The notes under the pieces are model-generated. The model did no database searches. It saw only the letters and a program-made list of their open reading frames with translations, and was not told the DNA's origin. A stretch of 64,000 nt of DNA from Naegleria gruberi (taxonomy: Eukaryota): NCBI GenBank assembly GCA_000004985.1, contig GG738905.1, one strand, 5' to 3'. A program made the translations under genes and the position numbers. Below are positions 44,693-55,225 of the stretch, in pieces; position 1 is the first letter of the stretch, and each line of letters starts with the position of its first letter.

Positions 44693-45128
44693 TGGTAGAC
44701 ATTTTTTTTGTTGGAGTTTTTCTGACGAGCACAAAATCCCTATTCGCCAAACAAACGGAGAAAAATTATTGTAAATCATATGCCAATCATGGCCTGCATT
44801 CTCTCTTCAATGTTGACAGAGACCCTTTTCGTAGTTGAATAGATTGAAAACCACTCGTTCAACCCAGATAAGTGCCACTTTACAGAGAATCCTCTTAGAA
44901 GATAAAACTTCAAGCTTAGACAATATTTGGTTCTCGCACAAGAAATAGCTGGTTACAAACCATTCATTTGGTGTTCAATTGATCATTTCAAGTAATAGAA
45001 ATTAATTGAACTATTAACCTTTTAGTGGTTAAATTTGAATATAATACTTCTAAACATAGAATTCTCTAGTGTCCAATTTATTAGTTTGTACATTTAAATA
45101 AGTTATGTGATGAACAAATCAAACAAAT

Positions 45129-46121
45129 TTACAGATGGTTAGTGATTTGTTTTGGTGGTAAATCTTTGGCTAGAGATGATGCTGTTGTTTCCGACCTGTT
45201 GTTTCTTCCAGACTTTGAAGGAGAAGGATTAATAGAAGTAGACTTCCTCTTCTTTGATGTTTCACAATCAGGGCAAATATAGGTGCCAATAGAGTTTGCT
45301 TGATATTTCTTTAAACCTAAACATCTTCCATGAAACCATCTATTAAAAGGTAATGTTAATAAATATAAGATAGTAAAGAATACGTACTTATCACAACGGT
45401 CACAAGCGATCATCCAACCATAAGAAGCTGGTCTGTTACACTTGCAATAGAGTGTTTCATCCTCTTCACTGGAATCGTTTTCAGAATCATCAGAGTCTTC
45501 ACCACTATCAGAGTCACCTTTGTCTTCCTTTTTCTTATTGGCTCTATTGATAAATTGTCTTCTCTTTTTGTTTGATGAATTTGGTGAATCTGTAATAGAG
45601 GAGGTTGAAGAATTGGTATTACTACTACTACTACTTGTAGTTGGTTCCTTTCTATTTGACCCAGAATCTTCAGGTGATGAAGAATTACAAGTAGAAGAAG
45701 AAGTAGTGGTGGTTGTGGATTCGTTAGAGGGCGAGTTTGAAGCTGATACACTTTGAAGGTGTAATGATGCTAGGGCATCAATTGTTGTTGAAGTTGGTGA
45801 TAAAAGTGCGGTAAGAGGTTTTTCTGTTTTTACCTCTTCTTTGATAGGGGTAGAAGGTGGTAAAGTAGAGTTATCAATGGTGGTAGTTATCATCATAGAA
45901 TCGTTACTACTATCCAAAGTATTTTGATTATTATTATCACTTGGAGGAGGTGTAGTAGTTGTATTAATTATGGTTGGAGGTGTTGTTGGTTGTGGAGAAT
46001 GTTGAGTTGGAGAGGTTGTCATATTAAATTCTGGGTGAGTAGGAGAGGTCTTGGATTGGGAGTGGAATCTCTTTTTTAAAGGGACACTATTCATTTGTTC
46101 TGTATATGATTCGTATTTCAT
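45129..46121 (-). CDS. PHD-finger protein with a Ser/Thr/Pro-rich N-terminal region, 2 exons
   Basis: Exons are 45388..46121 and 45129..45339, with a 48-nt intron (GTACGT..TTTAATAG, TTAAC upstream) at 45340..45387. The splice restores the PHD signature ...LYCKCNRPASYGWMIACDRCDK|WFHGRCLGLKKYQANSIGTYICPDCE. Confidence 0.6.
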   Translation of the reverse strand: MKYESYTEQMNSVPLKKRFHSQSKTSPTHPEFNMTTSPTQHSPQPTTPPTIINTTTTPPPSDNNNQNTLDSSNDSMMITTTIDNSTLPPSTPIKEEVKTEKPLTALLSPTSTTIDALASLHLQSVSASNSPSNESTTTTTSSSTCNSSSPEDSGSNRKEPTTSSSSSNTNSSTSSITDSPNSSNKKRRQFINRANKKKEDKGDSDSGEDSDDSENDSSEEDETLYCKCNRPASYGWMIACDRCDKYVFFTILYLLTLPFNRWFHGRCLGLKKYQANSIGTYICPDCETSKKRKSTSINPSPSKSGRNNRSETTASSLAKDLPPKQITNHL

Positions 46122-47249
46122 GGTGATGATGGTTGGGAGAACTTATATATATATTGGAAATATTGGATGGGAGTATTTAAACAATTAATATTGAAATACT
46201 GGTGAATTTTAAAAGTATGATGGTAGGTTGGGAGAAACTACAAATAAATCCTTTGGCACAAGTGTTACGGTTTTAAAAGTGTTCCGTTTGTGTCTCTAAT
46301 TCATAGGATTGGAATTGATCTTTCTTGTATATTACCAATAGGTTGATGATCCTATGGATTGGTTGGTAAATTTAAAAAAGTATTGCTAAAAGTTGGAGGG
46401 AAGTATGTTGTTTGAAGTATCTTCTTGCAACTTGGGGTGAAAGTGTTGAATGGATGTATTTTTTTTCTCTGGAGAGTTTTGATTGCAAGAGAGGGTGGAG
46501 TTGGGTTACAATGGCAAACACAAAAAACGCGCTCTTTTTTGCTAGCTATTTTTGATTTTAGGACAACAAAGAGGGACTGTAGTGATTAGTGCACAAAAAT
46601 GGCGAAGAGACAAAATTTGTGAGAATCGAATCATGACAATAACATATTGCTCTCAAGATAGAAGCACTTTTCACCAACATTGATTTGTTGGTCTTGTAAA
46701 TAAACAATTAACTATTATACGGTTTCAAATAATCATCTTTGTCAATTCAAATAGTCTTTTTAAACTCATTAGACGACAAATAATTAAAGGTTTCTTGATG
46801 GCCATTATTTACGGAGTTAGTGTCTTTGAACATTGTGGTTTTTCAGAAACTCTTAGAAACCTTGTTTCACTCCAGTTAATGGATTGATAGGAAATTATTC
46901 TTAGTACTATCTACTATTAGCTGATCCTTCCATCAATATATTATCTTGATTTCATCATTAAAGCCTGTTTTGCGAAGAAGAAACCCGCAATCGCAAGGCA
47001 TCAACGAGTTGATTTAACGCACTTCCATATTCCTTGTTACCGAATATCTAGGATGAGTATTTTTTTAAAACTGTTGGTCTTATTAATACTTTTGATGGTC
47101 CATCAAAAGCAAGAAACTCTTGTAGTAACTTTTTTAAATAATTGAGTATGGACACGACAAATTTTGCTCCAATATCATTCAAAATCACTCTATGGATTAT
47201 ACATTATTACTGATAGTTCAACTTGAAAACTAAACCTTCATCTTGTTTT

Positions 47250-48410
47250 TTATTTCTCTTCTTGTTTTTCGGCAATAGTTTCAGGAGGAGTTGTACTGTC
47301 TTGTGTTGTTGTGGAACTAGTAGTAGCATCAATTGGTGGAGTAGAGGTGGTTTCAGTCTTTGAGTTTTCGTCGTTGTTTTCTGATTGTTGATTTTCAGTT
47401 TTGGTTTCTTCGCCTCCAATTATTTCAGTTGATGTAACGACATCAGAATCAAGATCATCACTCATGAGGATTTTTTCTGATTCTTCAGTAATGGCTTTCA
47501 TTAAATCGACATCCTTCTCTTCATTAGAAAAAACAGTCTCTGGAATGCAATAAATAGTGTTACTTTCATATTCTTTCTTTGGTGCGAAACCTTCCAATTT
47601 ACACAAGTGATTAGAATAGAATTTCAAAGAATAGCTGCAAGTACTTGGTTCTTCAATGTCACCAACAAAGTGAGCACTTGCTTCACCATGAGCATTAGGA
47701 TTGGTTAACTGCCTTCTCTTTAAATCGGTGGCACAATACATTCTCAATTCTAGTGTTCTTGGTTGTTTTGTCAAATCGCATGGTGTTCCCTTTTCGAATG
47801 GAATTGAAATATAGCTCTCCTCTGGAGTTTGCTCATTAAAATTGATATCAAAATATTTGACATTCTTATTGGTAGGTGATTGTTCCTTACTATATCCTAA
47901 AAAGTATTCATTTGTGACAGTATGTTGCTCTTGATGGAATTGTCTTACAAATTTGTTAAAACAAAATTCGTATAACCACCAACCAGCAATTCTGAAATAA
48001 CAATTACTGATAAATTTTGGGAAAATATTTTCAACAATTTCCTTCTTAATTCTTTCAGTCTTTTCTTCAAGGGTTTCTTTTTTCACAGTTTCCTCAGATT
48101 GTGAATTATTCTTTTTAACTGGAATGTGACATCTGTGAAGTTCCTTTTCAAAATTCATATATACAATATCCATATTTTCAACATCCGATAAAACATTAAT
48201 ATTTTCTGTAATTTTAATCTTGTATTTTGGATTAATATCCGACAATAAATTATTAGAATTACTAGAAGATCCAATTTCTCCATTCGCAGATCCAAAACCT
48301 ATTAATAATAATATACACATCATTGCTAATAAACCTATTGTACAATATTTAATCTCCCGATGATTGCACCATGATGATAAAGTGTGGTGAGACAATGTTG
48401 ATGATCTCAT
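47250..48410 (-). CDS. OS-9/Yos9-like ER lectin with MRH (mannose-6-phosphate receptor homology) domain
   Basis: Signal/anchor MMCILLLIGFGSANG. MRH-domain pattern with conserved Cys and aromatic residues: CYFRIAGWWLYEFCFNKFVRQFH...LGY...YISIPFEKGTPCDL...RTLELRMYCA...HFVGDIEEPSTCSYSLKFYSNHLC. Acidic Thr/Ser-rich C-terminal tail. Confidence 0.55.
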   Translation of the reverse strand: MRSSTLSHHTLSSWCNHREIKYCTIGLLAMMCILLLIGFGSANGEIGSSSNSNNLLSDINPKYKIKITENINVLSDVENMDIVYMNFEKELHRCHIPVKKNNSQSEETVKKETLEEKTERIKKEIVENIFPKFISNCYFRIAGWWLYEFCFNKFVRQFHQEQHTVTNEYFLGYSKEQSPTNKNVKYFDINFNEQTPEESYISIPFEKGTPCDLTKQPRTLELRMYCATDLKRRQLTNPNAHGEASAHFVGDIEEPSTCSYSLKFYSNHLCKLEGFAPKKEYESNTIYCIPETVFSNEEKDVDLMKAITEESEKILMSDDLDSDVVTSTEIIGGEETKTENQQSENNDENSKTETTSTPPIDATTSSTTTQDSTTPPETIAEKQEEK

Positions 48411-48921
48411 TTTTTTATATTTTGATAATTATTGAATTTTTTTAATAATAAATAAAAGATCAAAAGGCAAACACGTGTTTGAATGAAGATGTGGTAATCT
48501 TAAATTCAAAGAAAAAGGAGCTTGTGAGTTCATACTTTCTTACTATCTATTGTTTTAATTATGAAATGCAAGAAATTCCAATCAAAACTTAGAAAAAAGG
48601 TTCTCAATGTATTACATCAGTATATACATTATGACTTAATCTTTCTGGGTAAGTGATGATTTAGTACTATTATATTAATTTAAGTTTGTGTTTTTTCTTA
48701 AAAAGGTGGAAATAATGCTCCATTGACAGTTGATGTTGGTGTTTCAGGAATTGTTAAGGTAATTGATAATTTTAAGGATGAGCAAAATGGCTCATATGTT
48801 CAGTTTGATGGCACTCCATTAAATTGGTAATTTAATGCAATCATTAATTTTAACTTGAATTCTTCAATTTCAAGATTTTTCAAAAATCTGCAAGAATTTC
48901 TAAAAATAAAAAATAAAAAAA

Positions 48922-50922
48922 ATGAGTTTTCTCTTTGGCAGCAAGAAAAAGGAGAATTTATTTGATAAATTAAACCAAAACAACAATACAGTTAATAATG
49001 TCTATGGGGAGACAACGGGTCTTCTCTCGGCACAATATAGCTCGAGTACGAGTGGAGGAAGTCCTCCGAGTAATAATCAAGAGAAGGCTAATACAATATT
49101 TTCAGAGTTGAGTTCGTTCAAGCCTCCAGAGGGTGAACATAATTTAAATCCAATACGGAGTGATTTTGCAATAATGAAAAAACAATCTTTTAAAAAGGAG
49201 GAGGATTATTTTACTAAACAAAACGAGGAAAAGAAACCAGTACAAATATCATTGCAAGAAAAGGTTCACGGATTATTTATTGATTTATCGTATGCTTTGG
49301 GAATTTATGGAGTACCATCACATAGATTGGAAATGCATTTGAAAACATTATTTGATTGTTTTCCATTGGAGAAATGTGAATTTAGATATACACCATCAAG
49401 TTTGTGGTTTTGCTTTACCCCAAATTTTAATTTAAATAGGAATGATGAATATGAGGAGGGAGATGGAATAGTTACTCATAACAGTAATGCATACCTCTCT
49501 AAATCAAAGTTTTATGTTGTAAAATTGGATGAATATGATTTGGAAGATATGGATTTGGTTAAATTATGTGAGTTGGATCAATTGGCTTCGGAAATTCCAG
49601 AGTTAATGGCCGTTACAGAAAATAATCCTGAATCACTTTCAAATTTAATTGATGATTTAAGAGGAAGAATTAGAACAATTATTTCGAGATATTCTTTTGT
49701 GAGATCTGCTATCAGATTATTTATTGCCAATCTTATTTCAGCAAGTATGTGGGTAATGTACTATGATGGATCATGGATGGAAATGTTGTGCGGTTTAATC
49801 GTGGGCATTGCAACAGGAATTCTTGTTGTAATTGCTGAAAAATATCCATCTTTTAATAGAGTCAATCCATTTATTTCTGCCATTGTTGCAGGTACAGTTG
49901 CTTCTCTTACTAAGGTTATTTTCTCCAAAATGTTGACTGAGGAGGACAGGGGCAAATATCCATTTTCTGTCTTTCTGGTGACACTTTGTGCACTATTCGG
50001 TTTGCTTCCTCATGTCAGTTTTACAAATGGAATATCCGAGTTGGCTACAAAGAATTTAGTTTCTGGGTCTATGAGAGTTTTCTACGCGTTTGTTCTCATT
50101 CTACAGGTATGTTTTAATTCATTTGCACAATTCTAATAATGCTGAATTTTTCAGATGGGATTTGGAATAGTTGTTGCTGATAAGATTAGTTATTTATTCA
50201 ATATTTCAATGTTGGAGGAAAATTATTTCAAGAATGGACAGGATGATAGAGAGGAATTACCACTTTGGCTTGGATGTCTTTGTTTACCTACAATCATTCT
50301 GGGTAATTATTTGGATTACAAATTGCCCATTGTTTTCAAGGATCCAAATTCTGAGCAACATTTTTATTCTGACAATGATGTTTTTTACAATTTCACAACT
50401 TTTTATCATTACATGATTAGAAAGATCAAGACCATTCACTTGCCAACATTTGGATTTGTTGTTCTAGTTTCATATGCTGTCTATGTTACAACCACAGTAA
50501 CAGATGACTTTGTTGGGGAGGAAATGTCTTGTCTTCTAGGAGCTTTTATTGGTAGGTTATTAATTTCATTTTGAAACTCAAAATTAATAATAATTAATAA
50601 TAAGGAGGAACCATTGCTAATATTTATGCGTATGTAACAAATAGACCAGAGTTGGTCATCTCAATCAAGTAAGTATTTATTCATAAGAAACAACTCATTC
50701 TCTTAAACCCTTAGTTGTTTGGATTTACTGGTACCAAGTACTTATGGTGTCACAGGCATTGCTAAATTTTACGATAGAGATCAAAGTGATGAGCTGCAGT
50801 CTGGAATCAAGTTTATTGCTGACTTGTTGGTGATCCATCTTTCTTTATCTATTGGTTTGCTTCTTTCAGATTTAGTATCTCCAAAACAGAAAACAAAGAG
50901 TGGGAGTTTTACAATAGTATAA
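48922..50922 (+). CDS. ThrE/PRM10-family membrane protein (DUF1212 plus DUF3815 architecture), at least 4 exons
   Basis: Exon 1 (48922..50106) has HGLFIDLSYALGIYGVPSHRLEMHLKTLF. A 48-nt intron (GTATGT..TTTCAG, TTCTAAT upstream) sits at 50107..50154. Exon 2 runs 50155..about 50551. A 19-24-nt mini-exon ends at 50668 (GTAAGT donor). The last exon, 50715..50922 (CLDLLVPSTYGVTGIAKF...), follows a 46-nt intron. The boundaries of the mini-exon are uncertain. Confidence 0.55.
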
Positions 50923-50942
50923 TTTAATTAAATAGTTTTTGT

Positions 50943-52655
50943 TTACAATGGAATGTTGGATAATTTCTTGGTTGGATTTTCCTTCTTCTTTGTTCTTAAA
51001 ATTTCCAAATCTTCGATAATTCTTTGTCTAGTTTCGTGTGGCTTGATAACATCATCCAAGAATCCACGTTCAGCAGCAAGAAGTGGAGTAGCAAACTTAT
51101 TACGATAAGTTTCTTCACGATCCTTTTGAGTTTCTCCTTCAATACCCTTAATAATTTTAACGGCACCTTCTGGACCCATGACAGCAATTGTGGCAGTAGA
51201 CCAAGCATAGTTATAGTCACCTCTCAAGTGCTTTGAAGACATGACGTCATAAGCACCACCGTAGGCCTTTCTAGTGATAACAGTAATCTTTGGAACAGTA
51301 GCTTCAGCATAAGCGAACAAAAGCTTAGCACCGTGACGAATAATACCACCGTATTCTTGAGCAGTACCTGGCAAGAAACCTGGAACGTCAACAAAGGTCA
51401 AAATTGGAATATTGAAAGCATTGGCAAATCTAACAAAACGAGCAGCCTTAATAGAAGAGTTGATATCCAAAACACCAGCCAATTCGCAAGGTTGGTTAGC
51501 AATAATAGCAACAGTTTCACCATTCATACGAGCGAAACCAGTAATAATATTCTTAGCATAATCTGGCATAATTTCAAAGAAAGCATGATCGTCAACAATT
51601 GGCTTAATAATTGAAGAGAGCATGTTATATGGAGCATTAGTATCAGATGGAACAGCAAAGTCCAAACTCATATCCTTTCTATCAACTGGATCATTTGTAG
51701 CAAGAAGTCTACTTTCAGCATTTTCTCTGTTGCTTGATGGCAAATAGCTGATGAATTCTCTAGTGTATTTGATTAATTCAATATCATTGTCAAAGGCACG
51801 ATGAGCAACACCACTGACTTGAGTATGAGTTTGAGCACCACCCAATTGTTCGGAAGTAACAGTTTCACGAGTGACAGAGTGAACGACATCAGGACCAGTA
51901 ACAAACATATAACTTGTGTTACGAACCATGAAAATGAAATCAGTCATTGCAGGACTGTAAACAGCACCACCAGCACATGGTCCACAGATCAAGGAAATTT
52001 GTGGAACAACACCACTAGCATTAACGTTACGTTGGAAAACTTCAGCATAACCAGCTAAACTGGCAACACCTTCTTGAATTCTAGCACCACCAGAGTCATT
52101 GATACCAATAACTGGAGCACCAACTTCCATAGCCTTGTCCATAATCTTACAAATCTTTTGAGCATGAGTTTCAGAGAGAGATCCACCAAAAACAGTGAAA
52201 TCTTGACTGAAAACAAAAACTAATCTTCCATTAATTGTACCATGACCAGTAACAACACCATCACCTGCTGGTCTATCCTTTTCCATTCCAAAGTCAGTGG
52301 CTCTGTGTCTAACAAAAGCATCATATTCTCTGAATGATCCTTCATCAACGAGAAGATCAATACGTTCTCTGGCTGTAAGCTTTCCCTTTTGATGTTGTTT
52401 TTCCATTCTTTCAACACCTCCACCAAGTTTTGCTTCCTTTTTAACGTTATCAACTCTTTCTTGAAGTGTTCGCAGAATTTCTGGAGGAGCTTGTTTACTT
52501 GGAATGTCCATCACACCAGAAATATCAATTTCTGTTGGTCCTTTACTACCGGAAACTCTATTCAATTGTTGGGAGAACATTCTACTTCCCATCATGCAGG
52601 AAGTACTCTTCAACAATGAAGTATTGAATAATTTTGATGATTTACGAAGCAACAT
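50943..52655 (-). CDS. PCCB: propionyl-CoA carboxylase beta subunit (carboxyltransferase), mitochondrial precursor, 570 aa, intronless
   Basis: Near-colinear identity with PCCB over the whole length: [55 protein letters not shown]...[20 protein letters not shown]...[26 protein letters not shown]...[16 protein letters not shown]-terminal presequence [15 protein letters not shown]. Confidence 0.9.
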   Translation of the reverse strand: MLLRKSSKLFNTSLLKSTSCMMGSRMFSQQLNRVSGSKGPTEIDISGVMDIPSKQAPPEILRTLQERVDNVKKEAKLGGGVERMEKQHQKGKLTARERIDLLVDEGSFREYDAFVRHRATDFGMEKDRPAGDGVVTGHGTINGRLVFVFSQDFTVFGGSLSETHAQKICKIMDKAMEVGAPVIGINDSGGARIQEGVASLAGYAEVFQRNVNASGVVPQISLICGPCAGGAVYSPAMTDFIFMVRNTSYMFVTGPDVVHSVTRETVTSEQLGGAQTHTQVSGVAHRAFDNDIELIKYTREFISYLPSSNRENAESRLLATNDPVDRKDMSLDFAVPSDTNAPYNMLSSIIKPIVDDHAFFEIMPDYAKNIITGFARMNGETVAIIANQPCELAGVLDINSSIKAARFVRFANAFNIPILTFVDVPGFLPGTAQEYGGIIRHGAKLLFAYAEATVPKITVITRKAYGGAYDVMSSKHLRGDYNYAWSTATIAVMGPEGAVKIIKGIEGETQKDREETYRNKFATPLLAAERGFLDDVIKPHETRQRIIEDLEILRTKKKENPTKKLSNIPL

Positions 52656-53065
52656 TTTTTTTTTAAATTTTTAAATTAAAATCGAAGAATTTTCAAATCG
52701 ATATTGTCAAGCCCAAATTCTGCTCTCTGATAAAGTATTAGGCTTTGTGGCGCTCTTTCAAAGATGCCACACCAAAATGCAGAGAATTTTACTTGGTCAT
52801 TTTCTGATGGACTCCTTGCGACGCACATTGATTTTGCGTGTTTTGAGACGTGCGTTAAATTGTAAACAAGAGTTCAGGTTTACAGTGAGTTGTTAATAAT
52901 AACAAGCAGATGGCCTCTTGACAAAAATCGAACAAGTTTTTCCTTAATTAAATCTTGAGGTCTGCTTTAAGAATGGCGCCAATTGTTTTTATTGTTATTT
53001 ATCGTTATTAGTTTCAAAATGTCTAACAAAAAGTGGAACAACAACAATAAATTAAATTTAAAAAA

Positions 53066-54570
53066 ATGAAAGATAATGATAACGATTATCATACTATCAA
53101 ATATGTTCACAGTGAGAGGTATTTGAATGCCTGTTCAAAACTACCAGCATATAATAGACATTCGGAACAACCTTATGGTAGTGCTGCTAATTTAATACAG
53201 GAGGAAATTGATGAATTACCTTCAAGATCGGAACTTGTTCATTCTCTGATAGGTTAGTGTGATGATTGAAATATAATTTGTTGAATATGTGAGAAGAGGC
53301 TTTTGGAATTTTGGAAAAAGTGGAAAGCATTGAACCAGAAAAGGCTCTGATGAAGGATTTACAAATTTATCACTCAAAAGAATACGTTCATGCATTGTAT
53401 AAAATCGATAAAAGTTTGAAAGCAAGATCGTCATTGGGTGATAAAGAGGAAGATATGAGTGATGAAGAAGTATCGAGTGATGAATCTTCAAATAGTGATA
53501 ATGATGATGCAACTGATATTGAGGAATTAAAAAAACAATTTGGATTGGTGGATGATGCTCATGATTTTAAGGGAATGGTATGGATAAATGAAATTGGATT
53601 TTATTGAAATATTACAAATAGTTTAATTATGCTCTTTATATTGGTGGGTCCTGCAATGCCATAGCAAAAGAGGTAAATCACTTTTTGAAGAGTAGCTCTA
53701 GTGAGGAACGATTGACCATTTTGAATTTTGAAGGTGGAAGACATCATGCAAGAAAATCAAGGGCAGCTGGATTTTGTTATGTTAATGACGTAGTAATGCT
53801 ATCATTACTGATTAAAAGAAGGAAGATTCTATGTATTGATATAGATATACATCATGGTGATGGAACTGAAGAGGCTTTCTTTAGCAGTGAGAGAGTATTT
53901 ACAGTATCATTCCATCAATTTGGACCTGGACTCTATCCAGGAACTGGTACCACTGATAATAATGGAACAGGTCGAGGAAAATATCACAATCTCAATGTGC
54001 CACTAAAAGAGGGATTGTCAGATAAGAATTTTGAGAGAATTTTCACTTCAGTAATTGCAAAATCATTCGAAAAGTTTGAACCAGAAGTTGTTATTCTAGT
54101 GATGGGAGCTGATAATCTGAATGGAGATCCTCTTGGTACATGGAATTTGAGTTTGGAAAGTTTCGAATATGTAACCAATTTTGTAAAGAATGAGTTAAAG
54201 TCAAAGGTAACGATTATTGTTGGTGGAGGTAAGTTTCGAATATTTTCTCAATTTGATTTACCAAAACAATTTAGGTGGTTACAATTACATACATACTGGT
54301 AAGTGTTTTCTTTGTGAATATCTTTATTGAAATCTTAAAGCTATTGCCTATGCTACAGTTTCGAACATGATGGTAAATAATTGTAAATTACCAGAACTTA
54401 TCCCAGAACATTCATTCTTTGAATTGTACAAGAGTGTTGGATTTTCATCAAATGTTAACCATGGAGTAAAGAGGGATGAAAACACTGAACAATATCTCAA
54501 AGAAATCGAACAACAGTCAATCAAGCAAATTGATAACATCCCTCCAAAATCAAATGCCGCCCAAATTTAA
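53066..54570 (+). CDS. class I histone deacetylase of the HDAC8 type, 5 exons, 437 aa
   Basis: Exons are 53066..53252, 53294..53577, 53622..54228, 54275..54298 (a 24-nt exon encoding GYNYIHT) and 54359..54570. The introns are 41, 44, 46 and 60 nt. HDAC8-like junction and active-site strings: VHSLIE|EAFGIL, FNYALYIGGSCNAIA, GGRHHARKSRAAGFCYVND, IDIDIHHGDG, FHQFGPGLYPGTG, VGGGGYN, ELIPEHSFF. Confidence 0.85.
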
Positions 54571-54592
54571 TATTATATTTTTTTAATTAAAA

Positions 54593-55063
54593 ATGTCTCT
54601 ATTCGAACAAATGACAAGTGCCGAGCCATTATTCTGGTACTTGAGTAGTGACAGTAAATCAACTCAACATACAGATAATCCTCATCCTATAGAAGAAGAA
54701 CTTGTTTTAGAATATTTAGAACATTTCCAATTACAATTATTTTCAGCAGTATCAACAGAAGGAGCAAAAGAAAGGGATGTTCTTGCTCGGGAATATGAAT
54801 TATCATTGGAAAGACAACAACAAAACATGAATTCAATGTACCGATCTAATAGTCCATCAACAAGTTTAATGGCTGATGAATATACTGAAGAAGAGGATGA
54901 AGAACAAATTGAATATCAAGATGAAGAAGCTGCCCTTCAGGAGGAAATGGATGAAGTTGGCAGATCAATTGTTTTTGATTTAAATGATGGATATATTGAA
55001 GATATGGATGAGGTGATTGAACCATCATATGGTGGGCAGGATTTAAATGAGAGTTTCATGTAA
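54593..55063 (+). CDS. small acidic protein of unknown function (156 aa)
   Basis: ORF with an A-rich start context. D/E-rich C-terminal half (TEEEDEEQIEYQDEEAALQEEMDEV). No family recognised. Confidence 0.4.
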   Translation: MSLFEQMTSAEPLFWYLSSDSKSTQHTDNPHPIEEELVLEYLEHFQLQLFSAVSTEGAKERDVLAREYELSLERQQQNMNSMYRSNSPSTSLMADEYTEEEDEEQIEYQDEEAALQEEMDEVGRSIVFDLNDGYIEDMDEVIEPSYGGQDLNESFM

Positions 55064-55225
55064 ATCACCATTCTTGAATTTAAAAGAAGAATTAATTGTA
55101 AATATTTTGAAATACTTGATAATGTAAGATATTCAGTTACTATAATATGTTGAGTCAATTATTATTGAGCAAAACACAATATCCCAGTCAACCAAACTAT
55201 TATTGCCATTTAAATCTAAATAAAT

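Noticed and set aside
44702-45128. Possible ncRNA in the 430-bp spacer upstream of catalase
   Set aside because: No recognisable snRNA or tRNA structure by eye; it is most likely the catalase promoter.
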